NCBI GenBank assembly: GCA_964036045.1
Contig: OZ038378.1
Location: 172,794,001-172,858,000, forward strand
Origin: Eutreptiella sp. 'Long Island Sound 2002'
Taxonomy: Eukaryota > Protista > Euglenida
Direction: 5' to 3'
Length of the DNA stretch: 64,000 nucleotides
The position numbers were made by a program, and so were the translations under genes. Positions 1 to 14,000 of this stretch are shown here, piece by piece; within the stretch, counting starts at the first letter, position 1; the number at the start of each line of letters is the position of its first letter. The notes below the pieces were generated by a model. That model searched no databases. It saw nothing but the letters and a program-made list of their open reading frames with translations, and had not been told where the DNA came from.

Positions 1-1617
1 ATTAGAAAAAAAAGAAGTGGTGCAGTCAACCATCCTTTGGTTGGCTCAGGTCACAGCACATTGCACTGTCATTGCACTCCCCTTTTGGCTGCGCCGCAGA
101 CTCCAACAAATGGGGGCAACGGACCTCTGGGCCCTCCCTCCACAAGGTCACTCGTGTGCACAGGACGTCGTGACCACTTCGCTCTTACCCATTTGCTCTC
201 TCCTGTCGCTCCATGTGGTCGACTCTTTGCTAGTGGTGCTCAATATTTTTCACCTGGGCCCATCTGGGGGCTCCAGTCTGTCTCGGCTGCCAGCGGATCT
301 GGCTGCCCTGTCCTGAGCCGTCCAGTCCCACTGAACGTGTCTGATGGTGCACTGCATGCCACTCTTCTGGTGGCGCAATGAAGCCCCCCGCACCCTGCAA
401 ACTCCCGACCAAGATTACCAAGGACGTCAAGCGGCCACAAATTCAGATCTCAGCTGAAAGCAGTAATTTTACGATCAGCGACCAGTGTTTTGCCTTTGTG
501 TTTTAGCCGCCCCCCCCCCCCCCCTCTCCCAGATCTCCGGCGGGACTGCGTTTGTTTCCCCGGCACGTTTCAGCAGCCTCCAGGTCCTGTCACCAGCCCC
601 CACAAGTTCATGTGACCGTCACAGTCAGCAGCATCATCTTCCCAGTCAATGGAATCCAAGTGTCCAATGGCTATTTGAGGACACCATATGACAGTTGGTG
701 CTATTGTGGTGTGGCCTGTCCCCACGTCTGGCAATCAAAAGCATCAGCAGGAGCACCTCGCTTCTGGGGCATCGGTGCTTCCGGGCCAAAACATGTGCGA
801 TGGGCGCACCTGCGCAAGGGGCCATGATTGCAGGTGTTTGGTACCCAAAGCATCCCGCTCTTTAGGATCAGTCCCCACCCAGTTTCACCCATTGACACCC
901 CCGGACTGTAGTGTCTCATGGGAGCCTTGTTCTATGCGCATGAGGTCCGAAGGGCACAGCCACATGTGAAGATCCGTGACCTCGTGCTCTCGTCTGTTGC
1001 AAATGCCGAGCTGACCTCCCTCGGCTGACACACCAGTTTTGTCTCTGTTTCCCGGGTTTCACGGAGAGCAGCCCAAAGGACACCCAATGGGCCGGGGTTG
1101 ATTCTGCTTAACCACCCACCACCATCGGTTCACCGCACCGCCGCCGGCTTACTGCCTTCCGCTCAGCCAGGCCCCAGCCGTTGATAGCCGTCAGTGACCA
1201 GCCGGCGATCGGTGATTGAGTGCTGTCCAGTTCTGAAGCGCAGCACAATCGTTTTCCCCTCCCCAGACGGCTCCCCCCCAGGGGCCCGGAACCCATATTG
1301 GCGCCTTTGGCGCCTTACAAGTGGTGATTTGTGCACAGGTGAACGCCCCGCCCCTAGCCGCCCGTTTTTTTTTCCCGCAAAGTTGGCCTTTGGCCCCCTT
1401 CCCAAATATTGGCTCTTTGCGTCCACAGTGTCTACAATGAGCAAACACTGTCTACTTGGAGCAGTCAGCGTCTACAGACTACAGACCGCCACGCCTGTCT
1501 GCACGGGTAAACGATGTTAGCGGACCGTTTTTTTGGGCAAGGGGGCCCTCAAGCCCCTTCCCAAATATTGGAACTCATTAAGAACCGCCATGCCATCGGC
1601 CATCCCTTGTTCCTCAG

Positions 1618-2024
1618 TTACGCACAAATTCTCGGGCAGTCCACCTGGAAGCAAGCGGTGCACATGAAGTCGGACACGGATGGGCAGTCCATTTTCTTGA
1701 ACATGGAGCTCAAGATCCTCAAGACCGCCTCCGACGTGCGCCGCATCGAAGTCCGCTACCCCTTGACCTTCAGCTCGCGGCTGCCAGTGGACCTCTGCAT
1801 CGAGGGCTACGTTCAGCGCGGCGACAAGCTGTCCCGCATCGGTGTGGCGGTGGTCAAGCCGCACCAGCGGACCGGGGCCTTGTGGTACAACACTGACGGG
1901 CCACAGGGGCCGCTGTACTGCCGCCTGCAGCTGTCGCTGCCGGACGGCACGCACCTGATGGCCGGGCCCACGCGGCTGGACGTCTCGAAGCGGGTCGGGA
2001 CCTTTGATGCTCGAACACCGCAGG
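1618..2024 (+). CDS. VPS13: VPS13 exon 1 in window (VAB region)
   Basis: ttcctcag|TTAC acceptor, CAGG|gtatgc donor; GC3-rich; encodes RRIEVRYPLTFSSRLPVDL. Confidence 0.85.
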
Positions 2025-5000
2025 GTATGCCCCCGCCTTTGCTTCTGACACGAGGCACAGTTCTGAGTTAGAATTGCTGTGCTTGGACGCAAGCCCCCCC
2101 GTGCCCTGGACTCGTGGGGGACGGGGGGACGGGGGGACTGGGTGCTATGGCCACGTCAAAATACTCCCGAGTTCTGGTGGTGTGCGAAAGATGCCACCAA
2201 GACCAAGAGGGGAAGCTGAAGGAGCCTTTCACTCAATAGGGACAATCCACTTGCTGAGGTATTCAACCCAAACTGGTGCCGTTTTACGGCAGTCCGCGGA
2301 GTGCCAATCCATTTTTCTCGATAATGCGTCAGATACTTAGTTGGCAAACAGCACAAGGTTCAGCAGGACTAACACGGAAGAGGCGCAAAAAGGAGCCCAA
2401 AGAAGAACGCTTTGAAAGGATGTATAACACGCTGCAGGCACGGGATTCTTTGAGATGCATTCCAGGACACCTCAACGTGCGCTTACCCATGTCTTCTCCA
2501 GCAGACAAGAACTCTCGACAAGGTCCCTTGGAAGAGAGTTGTGCCCATGCGATGTTCCAGTGTCGAGCCCGAGGTCAAGCCTTGTTCTCCCCCTGAGCCT
2601 CCCTTGCACAACACTGTGTCTTTCCTTGGCACATGGCGCCCCTTGTTAGACATCTTTCCTACCGCCCTCCTCTCCCTCCCTCCCTCCCTCCTTCCTTCAC
2701 CCTGCCTCGGTCCTTGGGGGCAGTGCACATGGCAGGTAGCAATTTGCTAGAAATCAGACTTCTTGGGGATTTGAGCACAGCTAGCGCAAGTACTTCTGGC
2801 GATGGGTGCTATTCCGTTCCTCCTTATTATGGGGACCATGACACTGCAAGGGTTACGTAGACAATGGACTCCTCCCTATTTTGGGGACCCGAGTATGGAG
2901 TTATATGCCCCCTCCTTCCCGCTTTGGGGGAATCCGATGCAGTAGAGGTCATGTAGCCACATCTCCTCCCCGCTTTGGGGCTACAATACAGCAGCAGGGT
3001 AGTGAAGTAGATGGTTGTGGTGGGGATGATCCCGTATGTTGTGTGTGCATGCCAATTGTGCAGGAAATCCAATGCACATGAGTAAGTTTTGAGTTTGCCA
3101 TGTTTGTACACTCACAAGGACCGTGCACTCTAGACTGCACTAATATGATGCTTGATCGTCATTGCAAGGTCAGAGCTCTGTTCCTTAACATCTTTCTTGG
3201 CCATAGTGCCCCCCCACTTCTCGCTTCTGATGTGACCTGAATATTGCACTGGTGGATTTGGCCTGGGTCAATATTTTGGGTAGAAATGAGAAACAATTTG
3301 ATTCATGGGCAAAGGCTTCATTTTCGTCGTTATGCTCTTGCTTGGCAGGGAAGTCATGTGTGGTTAGTAACAGCATGGGTCAGCAAAGCGGATATTTTTC
3401 GAGGGGGCCTGATTTTGGGTTATTCTTTCTCAAGAAGGTTGTGCATTGTGCACAAAGTGCTGTAACTCCCACCTGTTTACCGAGCCCTACCACACCTGCA
3501 CGGCATTGCCGCTATGCCTTGGTACAGGGCATGCATTCGCGCCCCTTATCCTTCCCTCCTCCATACCATTCTTGGCACGGGTTCACTTGCTTGTGCGCTG
3601 GCAGTGGGTGCATTCTGTAACCGTACAAGGCTTCGCATTTGTGCATTCAGAGGTCACCACTAGCCTTTGCCAATTGCGCACATTTTCTGCAGGGACCTCA
3701 GGTACCGTGACGGGCAACACGCGTGTGCCCCTTTTCATCCACTACGAAATCCACGACGGCATCGCCTCCTTCTGGTGTAAACTGCTGGTCATCAACCAGA
3801 CGGAGTTCCCCCTGATTCTCGCGCCCCAGAAGGTGGTGGAGGAGGGGGAGCCGTACCACATCATTCCCTCGGAGGGCAATGGCGCGGACGCTTGCAACCC
3901 CTTCCCCATATCGCCGCGGTCCACGAAGCTTTCGGTGCGGATTGGGCACAAGAACAGCGCCTGGTGCGAGTGGCAGGTATCCATGGGGCCCAGCCCAAGC
4001 CCTAAAGTAGACTCCCCGACCCCCCTCCCTTTTGTACTTCAATTTGGAGCGCCTCAAGGAGCACCTGCCAAGCTGGTAGTTCCCGGCCAACTGACGGTCA
4101 TTGTCGGTCAAACGATGGCGGTTTCCGCCAACCGCTCTTAGGGAACCACCAACTGCTGGCTCTTCTCTTTAGTGAGCGTTGTTGGCCGAGAATTTTGTCC
4201 GTTTAGTCAGGGAGCGCTCTTTCCCCTAATCCCTGACCCACACCCGTCACTTGGTGGATTGTTGTTGAGCCTCTGCCCTCACCCCGCACGGCATTATTGC
4301 GCAGATTGACGTAGCCACCCCCAACACGTCCGTTGTGGAGTGTGCTTCGGCTGGAGGGGTCATGTTCACGGTGCTGATCCGCATTGAAGCCCCCAGTGGG
4401 CGATGGGGCAGCCGTGTGCAGGTGATGCGGATCCTGCCATTCTGCATCCTCGTGAACCACACGCCCTGGCGCATGGAGGTGTGTGGCAGAGCCTGCAATG
4501 AGCAGTGTGCACAGGCGCTGTGCTACAGTGAGACACGCAAACAGGGCGCGGGACCAAGCTTTTGCTTCAGGGCGGGGATTCCATTGAGGGGGCAGGAGGC
4601 TGAAGGGGGGTTTCAAAGGTGGCCACCAAAGCGGGTACTGGTGGTTGGAGAAGTTCTTGATGGGCGAGATCCGACGGTTACGAAACGGTTTATGGAGCGT
4701 TGGGGGCGGCCGCAACCCCGAAGGGGGTTTACGCTCGCTCCGTGACCTTTAAGACTTGGTGATCCGGACACCCCTCGTCCTGTGTTGAAATTTCGCACAT
4801 CAGACGTGGTAGAGAGCACCGTCCGAACTCCAAGTGTGACAGATGTCCCCCTCCCGCCTTGCAAAACCCATGCGACATTGAGGCCCTTGGTACTTGAACT
4901 CAGGTAAGTGTTTCAGTCAACATAACGGTTGCATTTGCAGTGGCTGGTTGCTGTCGAGATGGCCCAACGGGGACAGGCTGGGGCTGGGACTGGCAGAGGC

Positions 5001-8000
5001 GCACAGCCGGGCCTCCGAGGACGCAGCCCATTGCGAGCCGAGGGGGGCCCTTGTGCATTTGGCCAGGGAAGGTGAACGTTGCCAGCAGCCGATGACCCCC
5101 AGTTACAGCCCCCAGTCATTAAGGCCCGAGCCCAGGGCTCCTTTTAACGACTCGGCACCACTGGTGTGCCCCCCCCCCCCCCCCCCGCCTTAAACGATTG
5201 GGCCAAATTTTTTTCCGGGCCTTTGGCCATCAAAAATTTTCTCTAGCAGCTTCGGCACCTCTAAAAACTCAGCACCACTGGGGGGGCTGGAACCCCCCCC
5301 CCCCCCAAAAGGAGCCCTGCGCAAGGGCAGGCAGGTCAACACGGCAGCCTGCCCTGCCACCGGGTTTCAGGCATAGTTTTTTCGGTATCCGGACCCACCC
5401 GTCTACCAGTTCCCATTGGTGCGACATCCTGGCCATTGCCTTTTGGTGGCAGCGCCTTTGGCGCATACACACAGACAGTCGCGCGCGCGCACGCACGCAC
5501 GCACTGCATTCCCTCCTGTTGTTGCAAGGTTCTCCCAAGGGAGGGTACCCCATTCAACTCCCAGGCTCCAGCATCGCCTCACCGTGAGACTGTCTTGCCC
5601 GGCCTCCCCGCTCCTCCCTTCATGACTGAGGGTCCGTTCTGCCCCAAGTGCTTGCGTCTCCCAAACGCCCGGTTCTGTTCCAAGCCGCTTAGTGGCCGCT
5701 TCTGCCGCCGCGCCTGTTCTCCCTCACCTTCGAGCACAGGCCCAGTCTGCCCCCCCTTCCGGACCCTCAACCGTTCCAGTCCTGTCAGGCTCTGAGATCC
5801 GAACCCCCCGTTGTCCTCTTCACCTTCGTCTGCCATGTTACCACCTGCCCTTCGTCCTTTCAGATCCGGACGGGGGTGGACGTGCAGGTGGGGTCGTCCA
5901 ACGTCGTGCCCGCACGGCAGATGGAGGTCGAGCCCGGGGCCCAGTGGCACCTCTGCGTCACAAAGAACAGCAAGATGTACTTCCAGATCCGCTGCCCCGA
6001 CCTCGACAGCCGCTGGTCGGCGTACTGCAACGTGGGGGAGATCAGCGAGACGGTGCTGAAGATCCAGTATCCCAAGCAGCAGGTCTCCAAGCACTGCAGC
6101 GCCGTGAGCCTGCGGGAACTCAAGCAACGGCTGATGGTGCTCGGTGTCGACTACAAAGACCGCATGTACACCCCGTCAGATCTTCTCGGTCTGTTTTGCG
6201 GCTCGGGTTCACGGGATAAGGGCATTGTTGCGGATTCGCATCCCCCCCCCCCCCTCTTCCCCCGTCCATCTGGTTGGTGCAGATGGGTGGGACCTGTCCG
6301 CACAAAAAAACAAAAAAGGGGGCGATGGAGAAGTGAATCTGACTGCCCTGACTGGGGGAGGGGAAGCAGGCCCAGAAACCGGGATTCACAGCCGGATGCC
6401 CGGGAAGTGACCCCACAAGTGGACATCCCACGGCCCAACAGCCTCGTTGGGGAGTCGTTGGGGAGGGCTGCCCCACCCCCGGCATTGGGTGTCCGTTTGG
6501 ACACACCTGGCCAATGCCGAGGGTCGTTGCCCCCCTGTGTGTGGACGCCAGGCGCCCGGGCAACGCCCAGGGAGTGAAAGGCAGTGAAACAGGGACAGTC
6601 CGAGGGCTCCGTTGGCACAACCTACCAAGGGAAGCAGGGAGGTGAGGATAGGCCAGACCAGGAGATCAAGGGCACTAGGCGGTGAGAGGCCAATGGGCAC
6701 CGCTTCCTGCGGAGGGAGAGGGTTCAAGGAAAGGATAAGGGTAAGTAGCGAGGGGCCAATAGGCGCCACCAGCTTCAGACAGCAATCCACCCCGGCGTCA
6801 TGGGCAAGAGCCCGTTTGCCCGACACTCCTCATGTCAACTGCGCCTGCATCAGTAGATCCGGGCCTCGTCTGCATCCCGTTGCTGTCACACACTGCACAA
6901 GCGAAACAACAAGCAGCCAAATGCCTGGCAATGCAGCGCACCCCTGATGGGTCACACTCGGTGATCCGGAACCCCCTGGCCCTGTGCCACACTTCCCACA
7001 TTGGTGGTGTTGAGTGTTGTCCTGTTTGCTTCCTCCCTTCCTCTGCCTTCAGACCCCTGGTCATCCCCCCCCTCCTGCAGGCACGTACCAGCAGCTACTG
7101 CGGAGTGCGGAGGAGGAGGCCCCAAAGCTCAGTAACTGGGCTCTGAAGCGGTGCCTGCAACGTGTGGGGGTGCCTCTGGATGGCACGGAGGACGCCGGCA
7201 TGCTGCAGGCCAAGTACTACGCCTTCATCCAAGAGTGGCAGGAGGTGCAGCTGTCAGAGTACATGGACTGGCTGACGCCTGTGGATTGCGACCTGTTGTG
7301 CGTACAGGTGCGTCGTCGGCCAATGAGGGAGGCTCGGTAGTGATGCGCGCGGCAAAGGGGCCCGTCCAATCCATAACCCACGGGGCCATCGCTCTGTCCG
7401 CGGGGGGCCCGTTCAAAGAAGCATACATATGCCAAAGGGCCGCGCGCTTCTGCCCCCCCCGCCCCCATTCCTCGAGAACAAAGGCCCTGTCGGTGCACCT
7501 GCTCCCCCGAGGATGTATTAGAACAACTGCAAACCACAGGAGGAGGGACCCCCTACTCCCCCTGGACCCCCTCCTGGACCAAGATTTTGCATCGGCAAAA
7601 AATGAACGGAACCATGAATTTGAGCAGTTTCAGATACACAAAAATTTTCGGTTCCGGACCCCCCCCCCCTTCGTTGCTTCTAATACATGCTTGCCTGGAT
7701 CTCTTTCGGTGCATGCTTCATCCCCTCTATCCCCCCCCCCCCCTTGTCTATACAATGTACCCCCCCCTCCCCCCACACATGGCCCGCACTCGTACACACG
7801 GTGCAACCCGTGTGCTAACATGTGGCGCTGACCTGCTCCGCCCCAGAATTGAGCTATGACCCCATGGGCCAGCATCGGTAGATCCGGTCCGCCCTTGACA
7901 GAGGTCACGAGGCTGTGGCCTCGTCTGCATTCCGTTGCTGTCACGAGTGAAACAAAAAACAGCCAAATGCCTGGAAATGCAGCCCACCACCGATGGGTTA

Positions 8001-11000
8001 CACTTGCTGATCCGGAACCCCCTGGCCCTGTGCCACACGTCCCACATCGGTGGTCGAGAGCACCCTCTAAAGTTTACGGTCACGGGAATGACTGCGTGTG
8101 GAGCATAGACGCCAAGGGACAGAAGCAGCCGTTGTGAGCAGAGGTACTTACAACTGTCCACTGTCACCGAATACACGTAGTTTCCCCCACTGGCTTGCAT
8201 CAATTTTCTTCTGAAATCTCAAACCAGTGCGCACACCCTCTGAGTGCCCACCGGCATACGTACTTAGCGTTTCTGGCAACACACCCGCAAATCCCCTAAT
8301 GACTTGCACCAAAACCAGTGCCACGGGATAGTGAGCGTTGGGCAACAGGAGATGGTTTGGGAAAGGAGGAACTGTCCCCTGTCTTGCTCTCACTCGAGCC
8401 CGTGCAAGAACACGAAAGCATGCACCTCGGCACGTTTCCGGAGTTGAACTGAGGGCAATGAAGGTTGTGGAGGGCAGGCGCAACACGTTGCTCTATACTG
8501 TTGCTCTATACTGTTGCTGTATACTGTTGCTGTATACTGTTGCTGTACACTGTTGCTCTATACTGTTGCTCTATACTGTTGCTGTATACTGTTGCTGTAT
8601 ACTGTTGCTCTATACTGTTGCTCTATACTGTTGCTGTATACTGTTGCTGTATACTGTTGCTCTATACTGTTGCTGTATACTGTTGCTCTATACTGTTGCT
8701 CTATACTGTTGCTGTATACTGTTGCTCTATACTGTTGCTCTATACTGTTGCTCTATACTGTTGCTGTATACTGTTGCTCTATACTGTTGCTCTATACTGT
8801 TGCTCTATACTGTTGCTCTATACTGTTGCTCTATACTGTTGCTGTATACTGTTGCTGTATACTGTTGCTCTATACTGTTGCTCTATACTGTTGCTGTATA
8901 CTGTTGCTCTATACTGTTGCTCTATACTGTTGCTGTATACTGTTGCTCTATACTGTTGCTCTATACTGTTGCTCTATACTGTTGCTCTATACTGTTGCTC
9001 TATACCGTTGCTCTATACTGTTGCTGTATACTGTTGCTCTATACTGTTGCTGTATACTATTGCTCTATACTGTTGCTCTATACTGTTGCTGTATACTGTT
9101 GCTCTATACTGTTGCTGTATACTGTTGCTCTATACTGTTGCTCTATACTGTTGCTCTATACTGTTGCTGTATACTGTTGCTGTATACTGTTGCTCTATAC
9201 TGTTGCTCTATACTGTTGCTCTATACTGTTGCTCTATACTGTTGCTCTATACTGTTGCTCTATACTGTTGCTGTATACTGTTGCTCTATACTGTTGCTCT
9301 ATACTGTTGCTGTATACTGTTGCTCTATACTGTTGCTCTATACTGTTGCTGTATACTGTTGCTCTATACTGTTGCTCTATACTGTTGCTCTATACTGTTG
9401 CTGTATACTGTTGCTGTATACTGTTGCTCTATACTGTTGCTCTATACTGTTGCTGTATACTGTTGCTCTATACTGTTGCTCTATACCGTTGCTGTATACT
9501 GTTGCTCTATACTGTTGCTCTATACTGTTGCTCTATACTGTTGCTCTATACTGTTGCTCTATACTGTTGCTCTATACCGTTGCTGTATACTGTTGCTCTA
9601 TACTGTTGCTCTATACTGTTGCTGTATACTGTTGCTCTATACTGTTGCTCTATACTGTTGCTCTATACTGTTGCTGTATACTGTTGCTCTATACTGTTGC
9701 TCTATACTGTTGCTCTATACCGTTGCTGTATACTGTTGCTCTATACTGTTGCTGTATACTGTTGCTGTATACTGTTGCTCTATACTGTTGCTCTATACTG
9801 TTGCTCTATACTGTTGCTCTATACCGTTGCTGTATACTGTTGCTCTATACTGTTGCTCTATACTGTTGCTGTATACTGTTGCTCTATACTGTTGCTCTAT
9901 ACTGTTGCTCTATACTGTTGCTCTATACTGTTGCTCTATACTGTTGCTGTATACTGTTGCTCTATAGTGTTGCTCTATACTGTTGCTCTATACTGTTGCT
10001 CTATACTGTTGCTCTATACTGTTGCTGTATAATGTTGCTCTATACTGTTGCTCTATACTGTTGCTCTATACTGTTGCTCTATACTGTTGCTCTATACCGT
10101 TGCTCTATACTGTTGCTGTATACTGTTGCTCTATACTGTTGCTGTATACTGTTGCTGTATACTGTTGCTCTATACTGTTGCTCTATACTGTTGCTCTATA
10201 CTGTTGCTGTATACTGTTGCTCTATACTGTTGCTCTATACTGTTGCTCTATACTGTTGCTGTATACTGTTGCTCTATACTGTTGCTGTATACTGTTGCTG
10301 TATACTGTTGCTGTATACTGTTGCTCTATACTGTTGCTCTATACTGTTGCTCTATACTGTTGCTCTATACTGTTGCTGTATACTGTTGCTGTATACTGTT
10401 GCTCTATACTGTTACTCTATACTGTTGCTCTATACTGTTGCTGTATACTGTTGCTCTATACTGTTGCTCTATACTGTTGCTCTATACTGTTGCTGTATAC
10501 TGTTGCTCTATACTGTTGCTGTATACTGTTGCTGTATACTGTTGCTGTATACTGTTGCTCTATACTGTTGCTCTATACTGTTGCTCTATACTGTTGCTCT
10601 ATACTGTTGCTCTATACTGTTGCTGTATACTGTTGCTCTATAATGTTGTATACTGTTGCTCTATACTGTTGCTCTATAGTGTTGCTCTATACTGTTGCTC
10701 TATACTGTTGCTCTATACTGTTGCTCTATACTGTTGCTCTATACTGTTGCTGTATACTGTTGCTCTATACTGTTGCCGTATACTGTTGCTCTATACTGTT
10801 GCTCTATACTGTTGCTCTATACTGTTGCTCTATACTGTTGCTCTATACTGTTGCTGTATACTGTTGCTCTATACTGTTGCTCTATACTGTTGCTCTATAC
10901 TGTTGCTCTATACTGTTGCTCTATACTGTTGCTCTATACTGTTGCTCTATACTGTTGCTGTATACTGTTGCTCTATACTGTTGCTCTATACTGTTGCTCT

Positions 11001-14000
11001 ATACTGTTGCTCTATACTGTTGCTCTATACTGTTGCTCTATACTGTTGCTCTATACTGTTGCTCTATACTGTTGCTGTATACTGTTGCTCTATACTGTTG
11101 CTCTATACTATTGCTCTATACTGTTGCTGTATACTGTTGCTCTATACTATTGCTCTATACTATTGCTCTATACTGTTGCTCTATACTGTTGCTGTATACT
11201 GTTGCTCTGTGCTGTTACTCTGTACCGTCATCGACACTGTTACTCTGTACTGTTGGTCTTTCATATCACTGACAGGCATCCCAAGCATGGTTTTTACTTC
11301 TCACCCCCCACAAAGCCTGCCACTCTTTTGCAAAGGTGGCTGTCGCGCAGCCCAAAGACATCAGATACGCGTCCATCAGCAGTCTGCCCGGGGACAGTCC
11401 CCCTTACCTGCTCGAGAACCGCACCATCTACCCCTTCCTCGTGAGCCAACGGCGCCTGAGCGAACAGTACCGCCTGCCCCCCCAGTCCACGCGAGGTTTC
11501 TGCTGGGAGAGCCCCACGGCAGAGTGGGTGTTGGTGCTCTTGGTGGACACCGCCTCGGATCAGCGGATGAAGGCTTTGAAGGGGATGTCGTACTACATCG
11601 ACCTAAAAGAGGTCGCCACGGGCAAACACTTGAGGTGCGTGTTGGCGACTTGAGCATGGAGCGGGGTGCGGGGGTGGCCTGGCCGGACCCGGTGGAATGC
11701 AACACCCAGGGCCGGTGGGTGGGTCCATGACCAGTAGCTTAAATCGCGCACCCTGCGCATCACCGCGACGTTCCAGATGCTGACGCTGGGGATTGTGGGG
11801 TTCCAGCCGCATGATGCGGGAGGGCGGGTCGGTAGCATAATGACGCCGTCAGCTGATGATGAACAAAATGCGCAAGCAGTAGTGACGTGTCACGCGAGTG
11901 GGAAAAAAAAGAAATATATTTATGTATTTGTTTCGAGTGTCACACGAGCGCTCCCATGATACTCAAAAAAAAAGAAAAAATAGAAATGCATTCTACATCC
12001 CTCTCCCCTACTCTCGATGGCTCCCCAGCATGGCTCTCGGGTAGATCACACGCCTACAATGCGGAAATGGTGCTGAAGGACGTTTGGAGGGCTAGGGCTT
12101 GGGTTCGACGAACCAAAATGGGCCTAAAAGGGCTGCGCATGGGCACAATTCACCTTTCTTCCTTTAGCGCTCGCGCTGGCTCGCACTGACGCCCTGCCCC
12201 CAAAAAAAGAAAGAAAAAAATAATTTTGTCCTAATTTTTTCCTGGGTGACATGCGAGTGCCCCAGGACACTTCTCAATGCTTCTGTGAAACTTACCCCCA
12301 CAAACACCGACAAAGCGCACATTCCACATTTTTTTGGCATTGCCCCCTTGCGAGATCATGCAGTGTTTTGTCCCTTTTGAAGAAAAATTTGGCCTCGCCT
12401 TCGACGCCCAAACTTGCTTCCCCCCGTTGATTCATCCCGTAGACTCAGCGAAAAAAAAAGCGGAAAAATGCGGACCACAACGAAGGTCATCACAAGGCCC
12501 TGACTAGCTGCCCATTCCTGTCAAGATGCCTTGCCGTTGGTGCCCACGCCGGTGCCCGGCTCCGGGCCGGTCCCCAGCGCTGTGGGCAGCACATACCCCT
12601 TTGCTTGGCCATGGCACGCGGGCCCTCACACGCCACGTGGTTCATGGTCCCGGAGGAGGTCTGCACCCTTGCCCGCCCCCCCCCCCCACGATAGTGTCGG
12701 GTGTCGGTGTCAACCAGAGCCGACCATCGTAGTGTCAAGAATCGTCCACAAGTGACGGCCCACCGTTTGCAGACCGCTTCCTTGTTTGGGGCGGGAGGTG
12801 CACAAGCGCGCAGGAGCCGTCCATCGAAGGAGGTGGGGCTGCTGCATTTGACAGTGGGGCTTCAATCTTTGGAGCCCCTGAGGCACTAGAGAATCGCACC
12901 GCTGTACCGTTGCTCTCGGAGTGTTTTTTTTTTTTGTGGTTTCCATGGCCCATTGACAACGCCCTGCCGTGCACCTGCGACCATCGGCTTGAGCCCCACG
13001 GCTGCCTCACTGCCCGTGGGCCCTGAGACCAGGACGGCGTGCCCACGATGGAGCCGACCGCCAGAGACGTCGAGTACCTCGTGACGGAAAAGCCCCCGGA
13101 GCTGCTGGACTTCGTCGAGGGGTGTGAGATCCCCGGCATCCGCTTCAGCCTGCATCCCCCCAACATCTACTGCTGGATCAAGGCGCAGTACCGCTGCGAC
13201 CGCAACGCTTACCGCCTGACGTCGATGCACTTCGACCCGACCATCATCCGCAGCCTGCTCATGGCCGGCAGCCACGTGCCGATCGGGTTCGATGCCAGCG
13301 GCAACGCGATGCTGTTGGTCATCGACCCCCCGTGCCCCTCCAACAAAGTGACGTGGCATTACGTCAGTTGTGATCTTGAGACTGGGACGAGGGTGTGTCT
13401 CAGCCAACCCCTGGGGGAGTGCTTGTGCCGCGGTGTGCGGGCTATCCAGGGAATGGCTGGATCCTTTCCCGCGATGCTCTTTCCACTGTTGCCGCATGGC
13501 CTCTCGTTGCGCTGATAGTTCCGCCGCGCATGCCGCATCATCCCTATGCTACCCCTTGATTCGCTCCCCCGCACTTGTGCATTCGAGGGGCCTCGGTTTT
13601 GCTGGTGTACTTGCCCCCAAGCCCTATCCTCAGCCCCAACCGCACCCCCACTTCCGAGGAAGCATCTGTGTAAGTGGCTGCATCAATGACCTTCCCGCCC
13701 AGACCTCAGCACACTGGGGCATGACGAACACAATATCCGGTCCCGGTTCCAAACGCAATTGCATTGTTGTGTATGCAGACGAGGAGAACGTCCGGGGGGG
13801 GATGGCGTACAGGGGCTGGTCAGGAGGAGAGCCCAAAGGGCGCACAACGTCTGACCCTCTCTGGTCCTGCGCACGATCTTCCACATCAGATGCGGTGCAG
13901 AGCACCCGCCATTTCACGGTCTGGGGATGACTGAATCTGAAGCCTGTCTGGCAGGGGGAGCAGAGGCCACGGGACCCACCTGTCCTCATTGCCCCACACG

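Noticed and set aside
8338-11730. Six ORFs of 249-709 aa (CCSILLLYTVALY repeats)
   Set aside because: Artefacts of a stop-free 13-bp satellite open in all three + frames. Only 11336-11634 is a real exon.
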